Assembly (NCBI RefSeq): GCF_001194135.2
Contig: NC_068996.1
Location: 52,509,864 to 52,558,800 of the forward strand
Direction: 5' to 3'
Length of the DNA: 48,937 nucleotides
From: Octopus bimaculoides
Taxonomy: Eukaryota
Made by a program: the position numbers and the translations under genes. The notes under the pieces are model-generated. The model worked only from the letters and a program-made list of their open reading frames with translations, was not told the origin of the DNA and made no database searches. Numbering within the stretch: position 1 is the first letter of the stretch; the number at the start of each line of letters is the position of its first letter. Of this stretch, positions 37,820-48,937 are shown piece by piece.

Positions 37820-38840
37820 GTGCAGAAAATAGACTCCATTAACTGCCAGGAGGGCAAGCTAGAGGTTGTAGATAGCTTCTGTTATCTAGGTGACCAAGTT
37901 GGTAGTGGAGGTGGATGCTCCAAGAGTGTAGCCTTGAGAATAAGAATAGGCTGGGCAAAGTTCAGAGAGCTCCTACCTCTGCTGGCAACAAAGGGCCTCT
38001 CTCCCAGAGTGAAAAATAGATTGTTTGATGCCTGTGTGCGTAGACTTGAAAGAAAAGAAGTCCGTGTGCTTTGTTGGATGTGCAATGTCAGTGTGCATGT
38101 TTGACAGAGTGTAAGCATCTTGAGAGAAAAGTTAGGCATCAGCAGCATCAGATGTGATGTGCATGAGAGACGACTACACTGGTATGGTCATGTGTTGCAT
38201 ATGAATGAGGACAGCTGTGTAAAGAAATGCCGATCTCTAACTGTAGAGGGAACCTGTGGTAGAGGTAGACCCAAGAAGACATGTGATGAGGTGGTGAAGC
38301 ATGGTCTTTGAACTTTGAGCCTCACAGAGGCAATGACTAGTGAGCAAGACCTTTGGCAATGTGCTGTGCTTGAGAGGACCCATCAAGCCAAGTGAAATCA
38401 TAGTCATGGTAACTGGCACCTGTGCTGGTGGCATGTAAAGAATACCTTTTGAGCATTGGGCCTCGTGGAGGCAAAGTGACTGAATTCTTTTTGAATGTTG
38501 GGCCTTATGGAGGCAATGACCGAGACCTTTGGCACTATGTCATGCTTGAGAAGAAAACTCATGAAGCCAAGTAAAATTGCAGTCATGGCAGATACTGGTG
38601 TTACACAAATTCTTGAGGCACATAAAAGCATCCTGGAGTCATGCAAATTGCACCCATGCTGGTGGCACATAAAAGCATCCATTATACTCCTCAGAATGGT
38701 TGACATTAAGAAGGCTATCCAGCTGTAGAAAACCATGCCAAATCAGACTGGAGTCTAGTGCAGCCTTCCAGTATGCCAGCCCAGTCAAACCGTCGAACCC
38801 ATGCCAGCATGGACAACAGACGTTAAATGATGATGATAAT
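37820..38840 (+). mobile_element. RTE-clade LINE relic (3' ORF plus 3' UTR plus (GAT)n tail)
   Basis: KLEVVDSFCYLGDQVGSGGGCSKSV...RRLHWYGHVLHMNEDSCVKKC...GRGRPKKT, then the family 3' UTR ending gacgttaaatgatgatgat. Confidence 0.88.
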
Positions 38841-38841
38841 C

Positions 38842-39262
38842 TCATGGATGCTCTTGGATTCATCATCTGTGATATTTCTAAGGTCTCAAGAGGTTTCTGT
38901 TCTTTCAGCATCAGACTCCTTCCATCAGCTGGGGTTGACTAAGTCTCAGCTTGCATCCTAATAGCAGCAAACCACTATTCTGTCCCCTTAATCCAAAGCC
39001 ACCTCTTAATGACCCTTTCTGCAGCTTCAGGGATGGAATTTATAGACTTCCTCTTTGCTGCACCAGTAATTCCAAAATCAGTCAGAGCTCTCAAAAATAA
39101 ATTCCCCACAATGCTTCAACAGCCCACTTCTATTGCCTCATAAGATGCCTATCAGCCCTTCATTTTAGCACTGTTCTACCAGATAACTGATATTTAACAA
39201 GTTTTCTTTCATGAGCTTCCTCCATGTATTCTTCCTAGGACACAATTAGTTCCCTTATGATG
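38842..39262 (-). mobile_element. HERO-like (RLE-endonuclease) non-LTR retrotransposon 3' relic
   Basis: Translates to ELIVS*EEYMEEAHERKLVKYQ...EAIEVGC*SIVG..LRALTDFGITGAAKRKSINSIPEAAERVIKRWLWIKG, followed by a putative 3' UTR. Confidence 0.7.
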
Positions 39263-39312
<50 letters not shown>

Positions 39313-40129
39313 NNNNNNNNNNNNNNNNNNNNNNNNNNNNNNNNNNNNNNNNNNNNNNNNNNNNNNNNNNNNNNNNNNNNNNNNNNNNNNNNNNNNNNNN
39401 NNNNNNNNNNNNNNNNNNNNNNNNNNNNNNNNNNNNNNNNNNNNNNNNNNNNNNNNNNNNNNNNNNNNNNNNNNNNNNNNNNNNNNNNNNNNNNNNNNNN
39501 NNCTCTCTCTCTTTCTCTCTCTCTCTCTCACACACACACACCTTAAGAATGAGAACCTGGGATTGAACCAGGAAGCATGAAGTTGGGAAGCAAGCTTCTT
39601 ACCACACAGTTACACTTGTTAAAAAAAAATCATTTCAACTCTGTTAAAATTAGAAAGGAAGTTTACATCTCTAAAATTGTCAAGAGGGCCTGGGTTTCTT
39701 AGCATCACTCAATAAAACCTTTATATCAACAGAGTCATCAATGTGTAGATAGTAAATTCATCTGTGAGAGACTACTAAAGAGAGAATTAGAGTAAGAGTT
39801 GTATTGCTCTACACAAAAAAGCATTGCTTCTCCATTGGAACTGGAAGAAGGAGAAAGATAGATGTACTGCCAGATCAGAAGTAGCAACCAAAGAGGGACA
39901 CAGAAATTTGTCTTTGTGTATTTATTTATATTCTTTGTAACTAAATTAGGTCAAGCTTTTAAAAACAATGGATTTTTCTCTGTATCAGTTTTGACCCTTG
40001 TTTGTATTGTGAAGCTCTAAGAGTTAGGGTATGGTTCATTCTCATAAATTTCCTAGTGCAACAGGTGAAAACAATAGGCTGAGAACATGTAGGAAAGTGT
40101 GGATTCAGTTTTGAATCTCGACTCAGAAA

Positions 40130-40570
40130 TTTGGTTGCTGTTCACTACACCTTTGTCAGCTGCTCTCCAGTTATCTATTCAAAGTTGTACATGACTATGG
40201 TATGTCCACACTTAGAGTTTGCATCACAGTCTGGAACCCCTATTTTTCTTAGCTTATCAATCTTCTGGAAACTGTTCAGAAATGCACAATCATATGTATA
40301 CTTGCCAACAGGTATATCTTTCATACTCTGAAAGTCTTCCATCCTGGGGCAAGGACACATTAAAGCTCCAATGCCTAGCAACTGACTTGGTAGACACCCA
40401 CAAGGTTATCCAACAACTTTCCAACAACACCCTTGAATATTTCTTTGAATCCCATATGTCTAACACTTGTGTACATACTTTAAACCAAAAACAACACAGC
40501 ACCGATAACTTTTAGAAATTATTTGTTCAGGCACAGAATTACTGAAGCTTGGAATAAACTTCATACATCA
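40130..40570 (+). mobile_element. CR1/L2-type LINE 3' relic
   Basis: LYMTMVCPHLEFASQ, TDLVDTHKVI and YLFRHRITEAWNKL match CR1/L2 C-terminal motifs. Confidence 0.7.
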
Positions 40571-41432
40571 GTTGTTAGCTGTTGGAACACTACATTCTTT
40601 AAAACTTCAATGCTTCCCAAAATTTGTCACCAGTACACCTGATGCCCCTCCACATTTTGTTTTAAATAACTCATCCACTGTTCACTTTCTGTGCATTATT
40701 CAGTTCATGCACTTTTGGTTACTTTTTCTGATGAGTTGTGCACCTGAGCACTCTATACAAGATTCATATTAAGAACTTATTGGATTGTCTCTAAAATTTC
40801 CAAGTTTTGACATTCCTATGAACTTATCTAGTGAGTCAAAAACTGTAATTTTTTTAGATCTGTATGTGTTAAGCACAGTAGAATTACTAATCTAAAGTGA
40901 GAAACATGTGCACATGTGCATGTGTGCATATGTGTGTGTGTGTGAGTGTATTTTCACTCATCCCTTTTTCTATAAACTATTAGTTTTGACTTCCTCTTGA
41001 AATTTTGATTTGATGGGACTGAACCTGGAACCATGTGGTTGGGAAGCAAGCTTCTTGTCACACAGCCATGCCTGTTTAAAACAATTTGAGGATGTTTTCA
41101 GTTTAGCAGCCAATTTTCGAGAAATTCAAAGTTTATTGAAAACTTTAAAATTTGTTACATTAATGTAGTTTTCAGATCTTTCTGATTTGATGGGCAACAC
41201 TTGTTTTCTTAACGAAACACTTTCAAACTTGGGACACTGGTAGAATGTGTCATATAAAACAACTTCTCTTAACCTTCTTAACAAAAAATTGTACATTGCA
41301 AGTTATTTCAGGTTAAAGTTGTCGTATTTCTGTAATTTCAACCAATCACTGACGTCTATTCAGCTGAATACAGTTAGTGCTGTTCGGTGTCAAGTGTGTT
41401 ATTCCCTGTTTAATTATATCATTATTCCCCAG

Positions 41433-41496
41433 TAAGGGTTTAGGGTTTTAGGGTTAGGGTTCGGGTTTTAGAGTTATGGTTTTAGGGTTAGGGTTA
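41433..41496 (+). repeat. Degenerate (TTAGGG)-like tract
   Basis: taagggtttagggttttagggttagggttcgggttttagagttatggttttagggttagggtt. Confidence 0.8.
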
Positions 41497-41579
41497 TGTA
41501 AAAAAATGTTGCCCGTCAAATCACAAAGATCCTAGTTTTCTAAGCTGAATCTCAGAAGATATTTCCCTATTTCTAGAAA

Positions 41580-41777
41580 AAAAAAAAAAAGAAAAAAAGA
41601 AAGAAAAAGAAGTTATAGCAGTTTAAAATTTCCTAATTTTCTCCCAGTCAGAAAACAGGATTTTGTGCGTGACAACACGTGTTGTCACGCACAAAATCCT
41701 GTTTTCTGACTGGGAGAAAATTAGGAAATTTTAAACTGCTATAACTTCTTTTTCTTTCTTTTTTTCTTTTTTTTTTT
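41580..41777. repeat. Perfect 198-bp palindrome abutting an assembly gap
   Basis: 99-bp arms with no spacer, centre caacac|gtgttg at 41678/41679. Confidence 0.95.
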
Positions 41778-42589
41778 NNNNNNNNNNNNNNNNNNNNNNN
41801 NNNNNNNNNNNNNNNNNNNNNNNNNNNNNNNNNNNNNNNNNNNNNNNNNNNNNNNNNNNNNNNNNNNNNNNNNNNNNNNNNNNNNNNNNNNNNNNNNNNN
41901 NNNNNNNNNNNNNNNNNNNNNNNNNNNNNNNNNNNNNNNNNNNNNNNNNNNNNNNNNNNNNNNNNNNNNNNNNNNNNNNNNNNNNNNNNNNNNNNNNNNN
42001 NNNNNNNNNNNNNNNNNNNNNNNNNNNNNNNNNNNNNNNNNNNNNNNNNNNNNNNNNNNNNNNNNNNNNNGAAACAGGCATGAATATGTCTGTGGCTTAC
42101 GATTAGCTAAAATTACCATAAATTTGCAAACTTTAAAAGCTAATAACTCTTTATTTATTGATTTATTGTGAAAATGAATTTCAAAGCAGTGATTAGCATA
42201 TAAAACTATATCGTTACACCGAATATAAAATCAATTCTAGCAGGAATCGAAGAGATTGAAAATTAGCACCCAAACAGAAAAGATCCCACTCTGCATAAAA
42301 AAGTAAAATCAAAAAGAATCGAAAGTGAAAAATTATGCCCCCCCCCTAATTATTTTTCATTTTCGTAATCTATCTTACTTTTGAACATACAGATTAAATG
42401 AAATGGTTTTGGCGCATTTGATAATTCACGGTAATTGATTTATTTTTATTAATGTTTAAAACAACACAAAAAAGATGTGCAAACAACATTGCACTGTTTG
42501 TTTTATTGAATAAAACAACTTTTATGTTTGAATAATACAAAATCTATTTTATAATTAGGATTACCATTTGATTAAAAGGTCATAAAGAT

Positions 42590-42983
42590 TACGAAGATGG
42601 ATCATCACTATTCTTCTCAACACAAGTTATCGCCCCGTTCACACCAATGCTTCGGTTATCAGGACTTTAAACGCTTATTTCACTTTTAACGTCACACATC
42701 GGAACTCACTTAACACCCGTAAATACATTGCTGCTTACAAATATTCATCACATGAAATTACTTCTCTTGTTATCATAGGATTCTTCGATCAGCTGAAGAA
42801 CAACAGACCCTGCTTCATTAACAAACTAAGGTTAACTAAAAGACAAAAGAAAGAAAAAAGTAAAGGAAGTCACACAACAAAAGATATAGGAAAACAGATA
42901 CCGCGAACACACTAAGTAGCAAGCTTTTAAAGGAGAAAAAGGTCCTTGATCAAAATAGCCCACAAGTTTAGATATTATCAACG
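42590..42983. promoter_or_regulatory. Putative PGAM5 promoter / 5' region, CpG-retaining
   Basis: About 20 CpG dinucleotides counted by eye over ~42600-43210, against strong CpG depletion in the CLUH introns. Repeat-free and directly upstream of the PGAM5 ATG. Confidence 0.55.
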
Positions 42984-43159
42984 ATGCCTCAGTGGAAACA
43001 TGCCGTTCGTGTATTTGGTGCAGTGTCAACTGCAGCCACGGCTGCAGTTATTTTTGGTACCAACCCAAATCAAGAAGATATGTGGAGCAATTTGAAAAAC
43101 GTCTACGCTGCTTGGTCGACACACAATCCAAGTGTGAAATGGGACTATAACTGGGACAG
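42984..43159 (+). CDS. PGAM5: PGAM5 mitochondrial Ser/Thr phosphatase, first coding exon (MPQWKHAVRVFGAVSTAATAAVIFGTNPNQEDMWSNLKNVYAAWSTHNPSVKWDYNWDR)
   Basis: ATG at 42984; Ala-rich hydrophobic N-terminal anchor; WDxNWD motif diagnostic of PGAM5; donor AG|gtaaaa at 43160 (phase 2); CpG-rich surroundings. No downstream exons seen in the window. Confidence 0.9.
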
Positions 43160-44767
43160 GTAAAAGTGCTTCTTTTAATTATGACCCGCAATACGCGAGC
43201 ACACACACACACCCATACGCGCACAGAATATTTATTTAATAAATATATGTATAATATATGTAAATGTAAGCATACCTACACAAGTGTGCCCCACCATCAC
43301 TTTGTTTCCTCGTAACTTTCGGAAAACGGATATTTTTAACTGAAATTTTCTACAAATACGCTTCAGATGTTGTAGATTCCGATTATGTTGGAATTTGATG
43401 GGAAATTTTTTTGCGAGAGCGGAAAGAGAGAGAGAGGAGGTTCGGAAAATTCACATGTATCATCCTCGTAACTCAGGAAAAATGAGTTCATAACAGATAT
43501 AGACTATATGTGTGTGTATATGTGTATCTTTTTTTCGGTCTTTAGACTGCGGTCGAATGCATCGACTCCAGTATTTAATTTTTTTAGAGCCTGGTACTTA
43601 CGGCCACATTGTGGGGACACAAACAGATCAGCACTCGTTGATTGTGACAAACACAGGCACATACGCGTATATATTCTTTTATTTACTTGTTTCAGTCATT
43701 TGACTGCGTCCATGCTGGGGCACCGCCTTAAAGGGATTTTTAATCGAAGAAATAGTAGTTATTCTATCTGTTTTCTTTTGCCGAACCTTTAAGCACACCC
43801 GACACCGGTCGTCAGGTGGTGATGTGGTGGGGCGACAAACACAAAGACACATACTCATAAATATATACGTATACGNNNNNNNNNNNNNNNNNNNNNNNNN
43901 NNNNNNNNNNNNNNNNNNNNNNNNNNNNNNNNNNNNNNNNNNNNNNNNNNNNNNNNNNNNNNNNNNNNNNNNNNNNNNNNNNNNNNNNNNNNNNNNNNNN
44001 NNNNNNNNNNNNNNNNNNNNNNNNNNNNNNNNNNNNNNNNNNNNNNNNNNNNNNNNNNNNNNNNNNNNNNNNNNNNNNNNNNNNNNNNNNNNNNNNNNNN
44101 NNNNNNNNNNNNNNNNNNNNNNNNNNNNNNNNNNNNNNNNNNNNNNNNNNNNNNNNNNNNNNNNNNNNNNNNNNNNNNNNNNNNNNNNNNNNNNNNNNNN
44201 NNNNNNNNNNNNNNNNNNNNNNNNNNNNNNNNNNNNNNNNNNNNNNNNNNNNNNNNNNNNNNNNNNNNNNNNNNNNNNNNNNNNNNNNNNNNNNNNNNNN
44301 NNNNNNNNNNNNNNNNNNNNNNNNNNNNNNNNNNNNNNNNNNNNNNNNNNNNNNNNNNNNNNNNNNNNNNNNNNNNNNNNNNNNNNNNNNNNNNNNNNNN
44401 NNNNNNNNNNNNNNNNNNNNNNNNNNNNNNNNNNNNNNNNNNNNNNNNNNNNNNNNNNNNNNNNNNNNNNNNNNNNNNNNNNNNNNNNNNNNNNNNNNNN
44501 NNNNNNNNNNNNNNNNNNNNNNNNNNNNNNNNNNNNNNNNNNNNNNNNNNNNNNNNNNNNNNNNNNNNNNNNNNNNNNNNNNNNNNNNNNNNNNNNNNNN
44601 NNNNNNNNNNNNNNNNNNNNNNNNNNNNNNNNNNNNNNNNNNNNNNNNNNNNNNNNNNNNNNNNNNNNNNNNNNNNNNNNNNNNNNNNNNNNNNNNNNNN
44701 NNNNNNNNNNNNNNNNNNNNNNNNNNNNNNNNNNNNNNNNNNNNNNNNNNNNNNNNNNNNNNNNNNN

Positions 44768-45003
44768 GGCACATAAAAGACACCATTTCGAGCGTGGCCG
44801 TTTTCGTGCGGGTGACACGTAAAAGCACCCACTACACTCTCTGAGTGGTTGGCGTTAGGAAGGGCATCCAGCTGTAGAAACTCTGCCAAATCAGACTGGA
44901 GCCTGGTGTTGCCATCCGGTTTCACCAGTCCTCAGTCAAATCGTCCAACCCATGCTAGCATGGAAAGCGGACGTTAAACGATGATGATGATGATGATGAT
45001 GAT
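44768..45003 (+). mobile_element. Young RTE-related 3' end, near-identical to 1-236
   Basis: One visible mismatch (ttcgtgc vs ttcatgc) before the (GAT)n tail. Confidence 0.85.
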
Positions 45004-45868
45004 ATATATATATATATAATCACACATACGCACACATAATCATATATATATATATAATCACACACACATAATGAATGGTATTGGAGCATGCCTCGTTACC
45101 ATTTGTCTATATTTTCTTTCCGAGCAGTGTCCCGGTCTATTCCCATCTCTGTGAGATATTTATTTGCCCATCCGCCGCGTCCAGGTGACATGTGACTTAC
45201 CAACACATGCTGTCACCCTGGTCGGTACCTCATAGAGGAGGTCTCAATACGCAGGATCCAACTCAGAAAATCGACCAATGACCAGTCACAAGCTCCCGGA
45301 TCACGCATGTAACAAGCGCATCCCAAATTCTGAGTAAAGGTCGTTCGTTAGATACAAAATCCAACCAAAAATAACCCATAATCCTGCATAGCGTTTGCTT
45401 GACTTTAAGTATGCCCTGTAAGTTTTCAGAAAACGTCCGCAAATTTGTTCTACATACGGGAATTCATAGGACTATGCAAAAAAAAAAAAAAAAAAAAAAA
45501 AAGCATGAGTTAAGGGGTATTCAGCCATTATTTTTAGCCCGTCTTAACGACCACCTCGTACTGTTCTCGTTTGTCATTAACGTATTGATGTTTTCCAATA
45601 TCTTTCTCCCCATAAACACATTTTGCTGGGACTGAAAGCTAAAACTTAGGAATGTCTGTATTTTAAGCTGTGATAAAAAAAAAAAAATTAAGAACAAAAC
45701 TTTTTTCCCAGTTGTATAAATTTCTGTGTGTAGAACAAATTCACAAAAAATTCTGAAAATTCCAAATAATTAAAATGTTATGAGAGATTATATGGTGTAC
45801 TTAAAGCGGAATTTCGCCCCCACACACACGCATCCACACCATGCAGTCATACTTGTGCTTTTACATAC

Positions 45869-45911
<43 letters not shown>

Positions 45912-46870
45912 TGATGTGTCCTACTTGTTAAAATTCCATTTATTTATTTGTGCAGCTGATGATAGCATTGCATTTAAATTGATGTAATGATTGCATTGTT
46001 CAATTAAATGGAGCCACTTGAAACGGTAGTACAGCATTACTACTTGATATTCTGTTGCTTATTTTGATTTTTTTTGCCTTACTCCGAGCTGTGCGGATAA
46101 TACTGCATTGACTTGGTGCTTCAACTGAAGTACCTAATCCAACTACATATATATATTCGATGGGCTTCTTTCAGTTTCCGTCCACCAAATCCACTCAGTG
46201 TTTTAATTGGCCCAAGGCTATAATAGAAGACACTTGCTACACAGTGGGACTGAACTTGGAACCATGTTGGGAAATAAACTTCTTAAACATACAGTTACAC
46301 TTCACCCCCTCTTTAATATTGTGTATAAGCAGATGCACTGCTGTGTGGTATGAAGTTCACTTTGAAACCATGTGGTTTTGGTGTTTGACCCCCACTCCTC
46401 TCTATCATCACTAAGTATTGCCTAAGTTGAATATCAATCTCCCGGAATCTACAAAATTTGTTAGATGTAAGACTATTGTGTAAATGTGTGTGCATACACA
46501 TGTACATATATGAATATGTTTACCGTTTGCATGTTTCAGTCATTGATCTGTGGCCTTGCTGGGGCAACACATTTAATGGTTTGATTGAGAAAATTGACTC
46601 TGGTACTCATCTGTTTTTGAAGCTTGGTTCTTATTCTGTTACTCGTTTTTGCCAAACTGCTTAGTGATTTAAACAAATCAGCACTGACTGTCGAGTGGTG
46701 ATGGGGTGTGCATACACACAGACACACATACTATGATAGATATTGATATATTGTTGTAGTGCACCTGAGCACTATACAATAAGTTCATATATAATTCATA
46801 TACACATACTATGTTTATACTATATACTTATATGAAGTGTATTGTCGAAATATATATATATATAAATACA

Positions 46871-48937
46871 CAGTGGTACCTTGACTTACGAGTGTCCCAA
46901 CTAACGAGTTTTTTGAGATACGCGCTGTCTCTTGGCCGATTTTTTTGCTTTGAGTTACGAGCTAAAATTTGGGTTAGAAGCCAGTTTCAGATACTCCAGC
47001 ACTAGTTGGCATAACGATCACCACAGTGAACATCATGACATCTGCCCAGCATCCTGTGTCTTATAGTTTGACAGACATGCATGTTAGCAAGTGCGAAGAT
47101 CGTTAGCTAAACAGGTGCTAAAATGCTTAATTAGTCATTGCAGGCTACAGAAGCATCAGTGTTGTGCTCACAATTGTTCTTGCTGTTATTTTGCAAAATT
47201 TCCTTTTTTCCAACCATGGGTACATAGAAAGTGAGTGCGAAGGACAGTGGTGAGAAGAAAAAGTGGATAATGTGCATGGAATTAAAGAAAGAAATTATTG
47301 AGAAACATGCTGAAGGTGTGTGTGTAGTTGACATGGCAAAGCAATATGAGTGTAGCACTTCCACGATCTGTACCATACTGAAGCAGAAGGAGTCAATAAA
47401 GGCTACAATGCCAGCCAAAGGCATTAAAATAATTTCTAAACAGTAGACATCTATCCATGAAAATACGGAGAAGTTGCTGATGGTGTAGTTGACAGAGAAG
47501 CAGCTCACCGGAGATATCATGATGGAGGCTATACTCTGTGAGAAGGCATAAGCTATTTACACCAGTTTACTGCAGCAGACCCCAGGCACTTGTATGGATG
47601 AGGCATCGGGTGAGCCATTTAAAGCCAGAGGGGGATGGTTCAAGAATTTTAAAAGGAGGACTGGCACTCACTCCCTTGTCAGGCATGGTGAGGCAGCGAG
47701 TGCGGATATGAAGGCAGCTGAGGATCACTTCAAAACTTTTGCCAGTCTTCAACTGTGATGAGACAGGACTGTCTTGGAAGAAGATGCCAAGGAGGACTTA
47801 TATAAAAACAGAGAAGAGAATGCCAGGCCACAAACCCATGAAGGATAGGCTAACCCCTGCATTGTGTGCCAATGCAAGCGGTGGCTGCAAGATTAAGCCA
47901 CTGCTCATTTATCGTTTGGAAAACCCCAGAGCCTTTAAGTCACATAGGATTCTGAAAGAAAAACTGCAGGTTATGTGGAGGGTAAATCCAAGGGCAGTTC
48001 TTAGTAGAGTGGGTGAATTTGATCTTCGGTCCTGACATTAAGAAATATCTCAAGGAAAATAACCTACCTCTGCAAGCCTTTCTTGTCCTGGACAATGCAC
48101 CTGCTTACCCACCTAACCTCGAAGATGACATCCTTGAAGAGTTCAAGTCTACCTTTCACCTAACACCTCCCCTATCCTGCAGCTCGTGGATCAGCAGGTA
48201 ATTTCTAATTTCAAGAAGTTCTTTACCAAGCACCTGCTTTGAGGTGATAGAGAGCACAAACCTCACCCTTCGAGAGTTCTGGAAGGACCATCGTGATATG
48301 TCTCAGAATTATCGATATGGCCTGGCAGGGTGTTACAAAGAGGACCTTGACCTCTGCATGGAAGAAGCTGTGGCCTGAGGTTGTGTCTGAAATGGACTTT
48401 GAAAGACTTGAATCCGAAGCAGCAGTGGTGGAGGAGATTGTGTCTCTTGGCAAGTCCATGGGCCTGGACGTGGATGAAGGTGACGTCAACAAGTTCATCC
48501 AGGAGCACTCCGAGGAACTGACAAGGGAGGAGCTACAGACGCAGCAGCACATGGAGGTTTTGCAGGGAATAGGTGATGCGGAGGAGGTTATTTCTTCAAG
48601 TGTAATAAAGGGAATGTGGGAGAAACTTTCAGACTTTATTCAAAAGAAACACCCAGAAAATGTTGCAACTGGGCGTGCGACTGTGCTATTTAATGACACT
48701 TGCCTCACTCATTTCAGAAACATTCTGAAATGGAGGATGAAACAGACCTCATTGGACAGGTTTTTATTGAAAACTCCTGCAGATGAAAGTGAGGAAAGAG
48801 TGGCGAAAAGGGCAAAAATCAGTGAATAAGATTCAGTTATTCAGTTCAGCCCTTCTCCTCAACTCGTCTGATCTCCAAGGTAAATGCTGTACATTATACT
48901 TGATAAAACCAATTTATTGCAGTACATTGTATTGTTT
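46871..48937 (+). mobile_element. Tigger/pogo DNA transposon with pseudogenised transposase (ATG 47216 to TAA 48829); the 3' TIR is beyond the window
   Basis: 5' TIR cagtggtaccttgacttacgag; CENP-B-type HTH (KKEIIEKH...STSTICTILKQKE), GWFKNFKRR and the DDE motifs VFNCDETGL and LVLDNAPAY; several in-frame stops and frameshifts. Confidence 0.92.

Noticed and set aside
41433-41496. Interstitial telomere or chromosome-fusion scar
   Set aside because: The tract is only ~60 bp, highly degenerate and one-directional. Such tagggt tracts are common inside invertebrate DNA-transposon derivatives.
21712-44925. Long ORFs in the track at 21712-22551, 32609-33136, 39209-39580, 41731-42119 and 43679-44925
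   Set aside because: They are mostly X residues from N gaps and are not real coding sequence.
588-46727. Many 60-150 aa ORFs rich in [12 protein letters not shown] or MMMM, or sharing FQFPSTK / CHAVGLN peptides
   Set aside because: They are translations of microsatellites and recurrent SINE/RTE 3' UTR sequence, with no gene-like features.
47216-48829. Domesticated TIGD/CENP-B-like gene
   Set aside because: Multiple in-frame stops (TAG at codon 4 and others) and frameshifts, with the TIR retained, indicate a dead Tigger copy.

Overview
Eukaryotic, AT-rich, repeat-dense draft-assembly DNA with five N gaps. The repeat families are typical of octopus or another coleoid cephalopod (inference). 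Positions 313-27451 (+) hold the 3' part of CLUH (clustered mitochondria homolog). I traced 20 GT-AG coding exons with consistent phases (713 aa plus stop). One expected TPR exon is absent and probably lies in the gap at 21771-22536. At 42984-43159 (+) is the first coding exon of the mitochondrial phosphatase PGAM5 (N-terminal anchor plus WDYNWD motif), which the ORF track misses. The rest is introns and intergenic DNA filled with tRNA-derived SINEs, RTE, CR1/L2 and HERO-like LINE relics, a Gypsy pol relic, Tc1/mariner and Tigger transposase relics, piggyBac-type MITEs and microsatellites. Nearly all ORF-track entries are spurious or transposon-derived. I cannot support a clearly novel biological system. 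The best leads are a 106-bp intronic foldback built around a retroelement tail, the CLUH-PGAM5 tandem pair with a possible divergent transcript, a candidate alternative CLUH C-terminus and a HERO-type RLE retrotransposon relic. All homology calls come from remembered family sequences, not from database searches.
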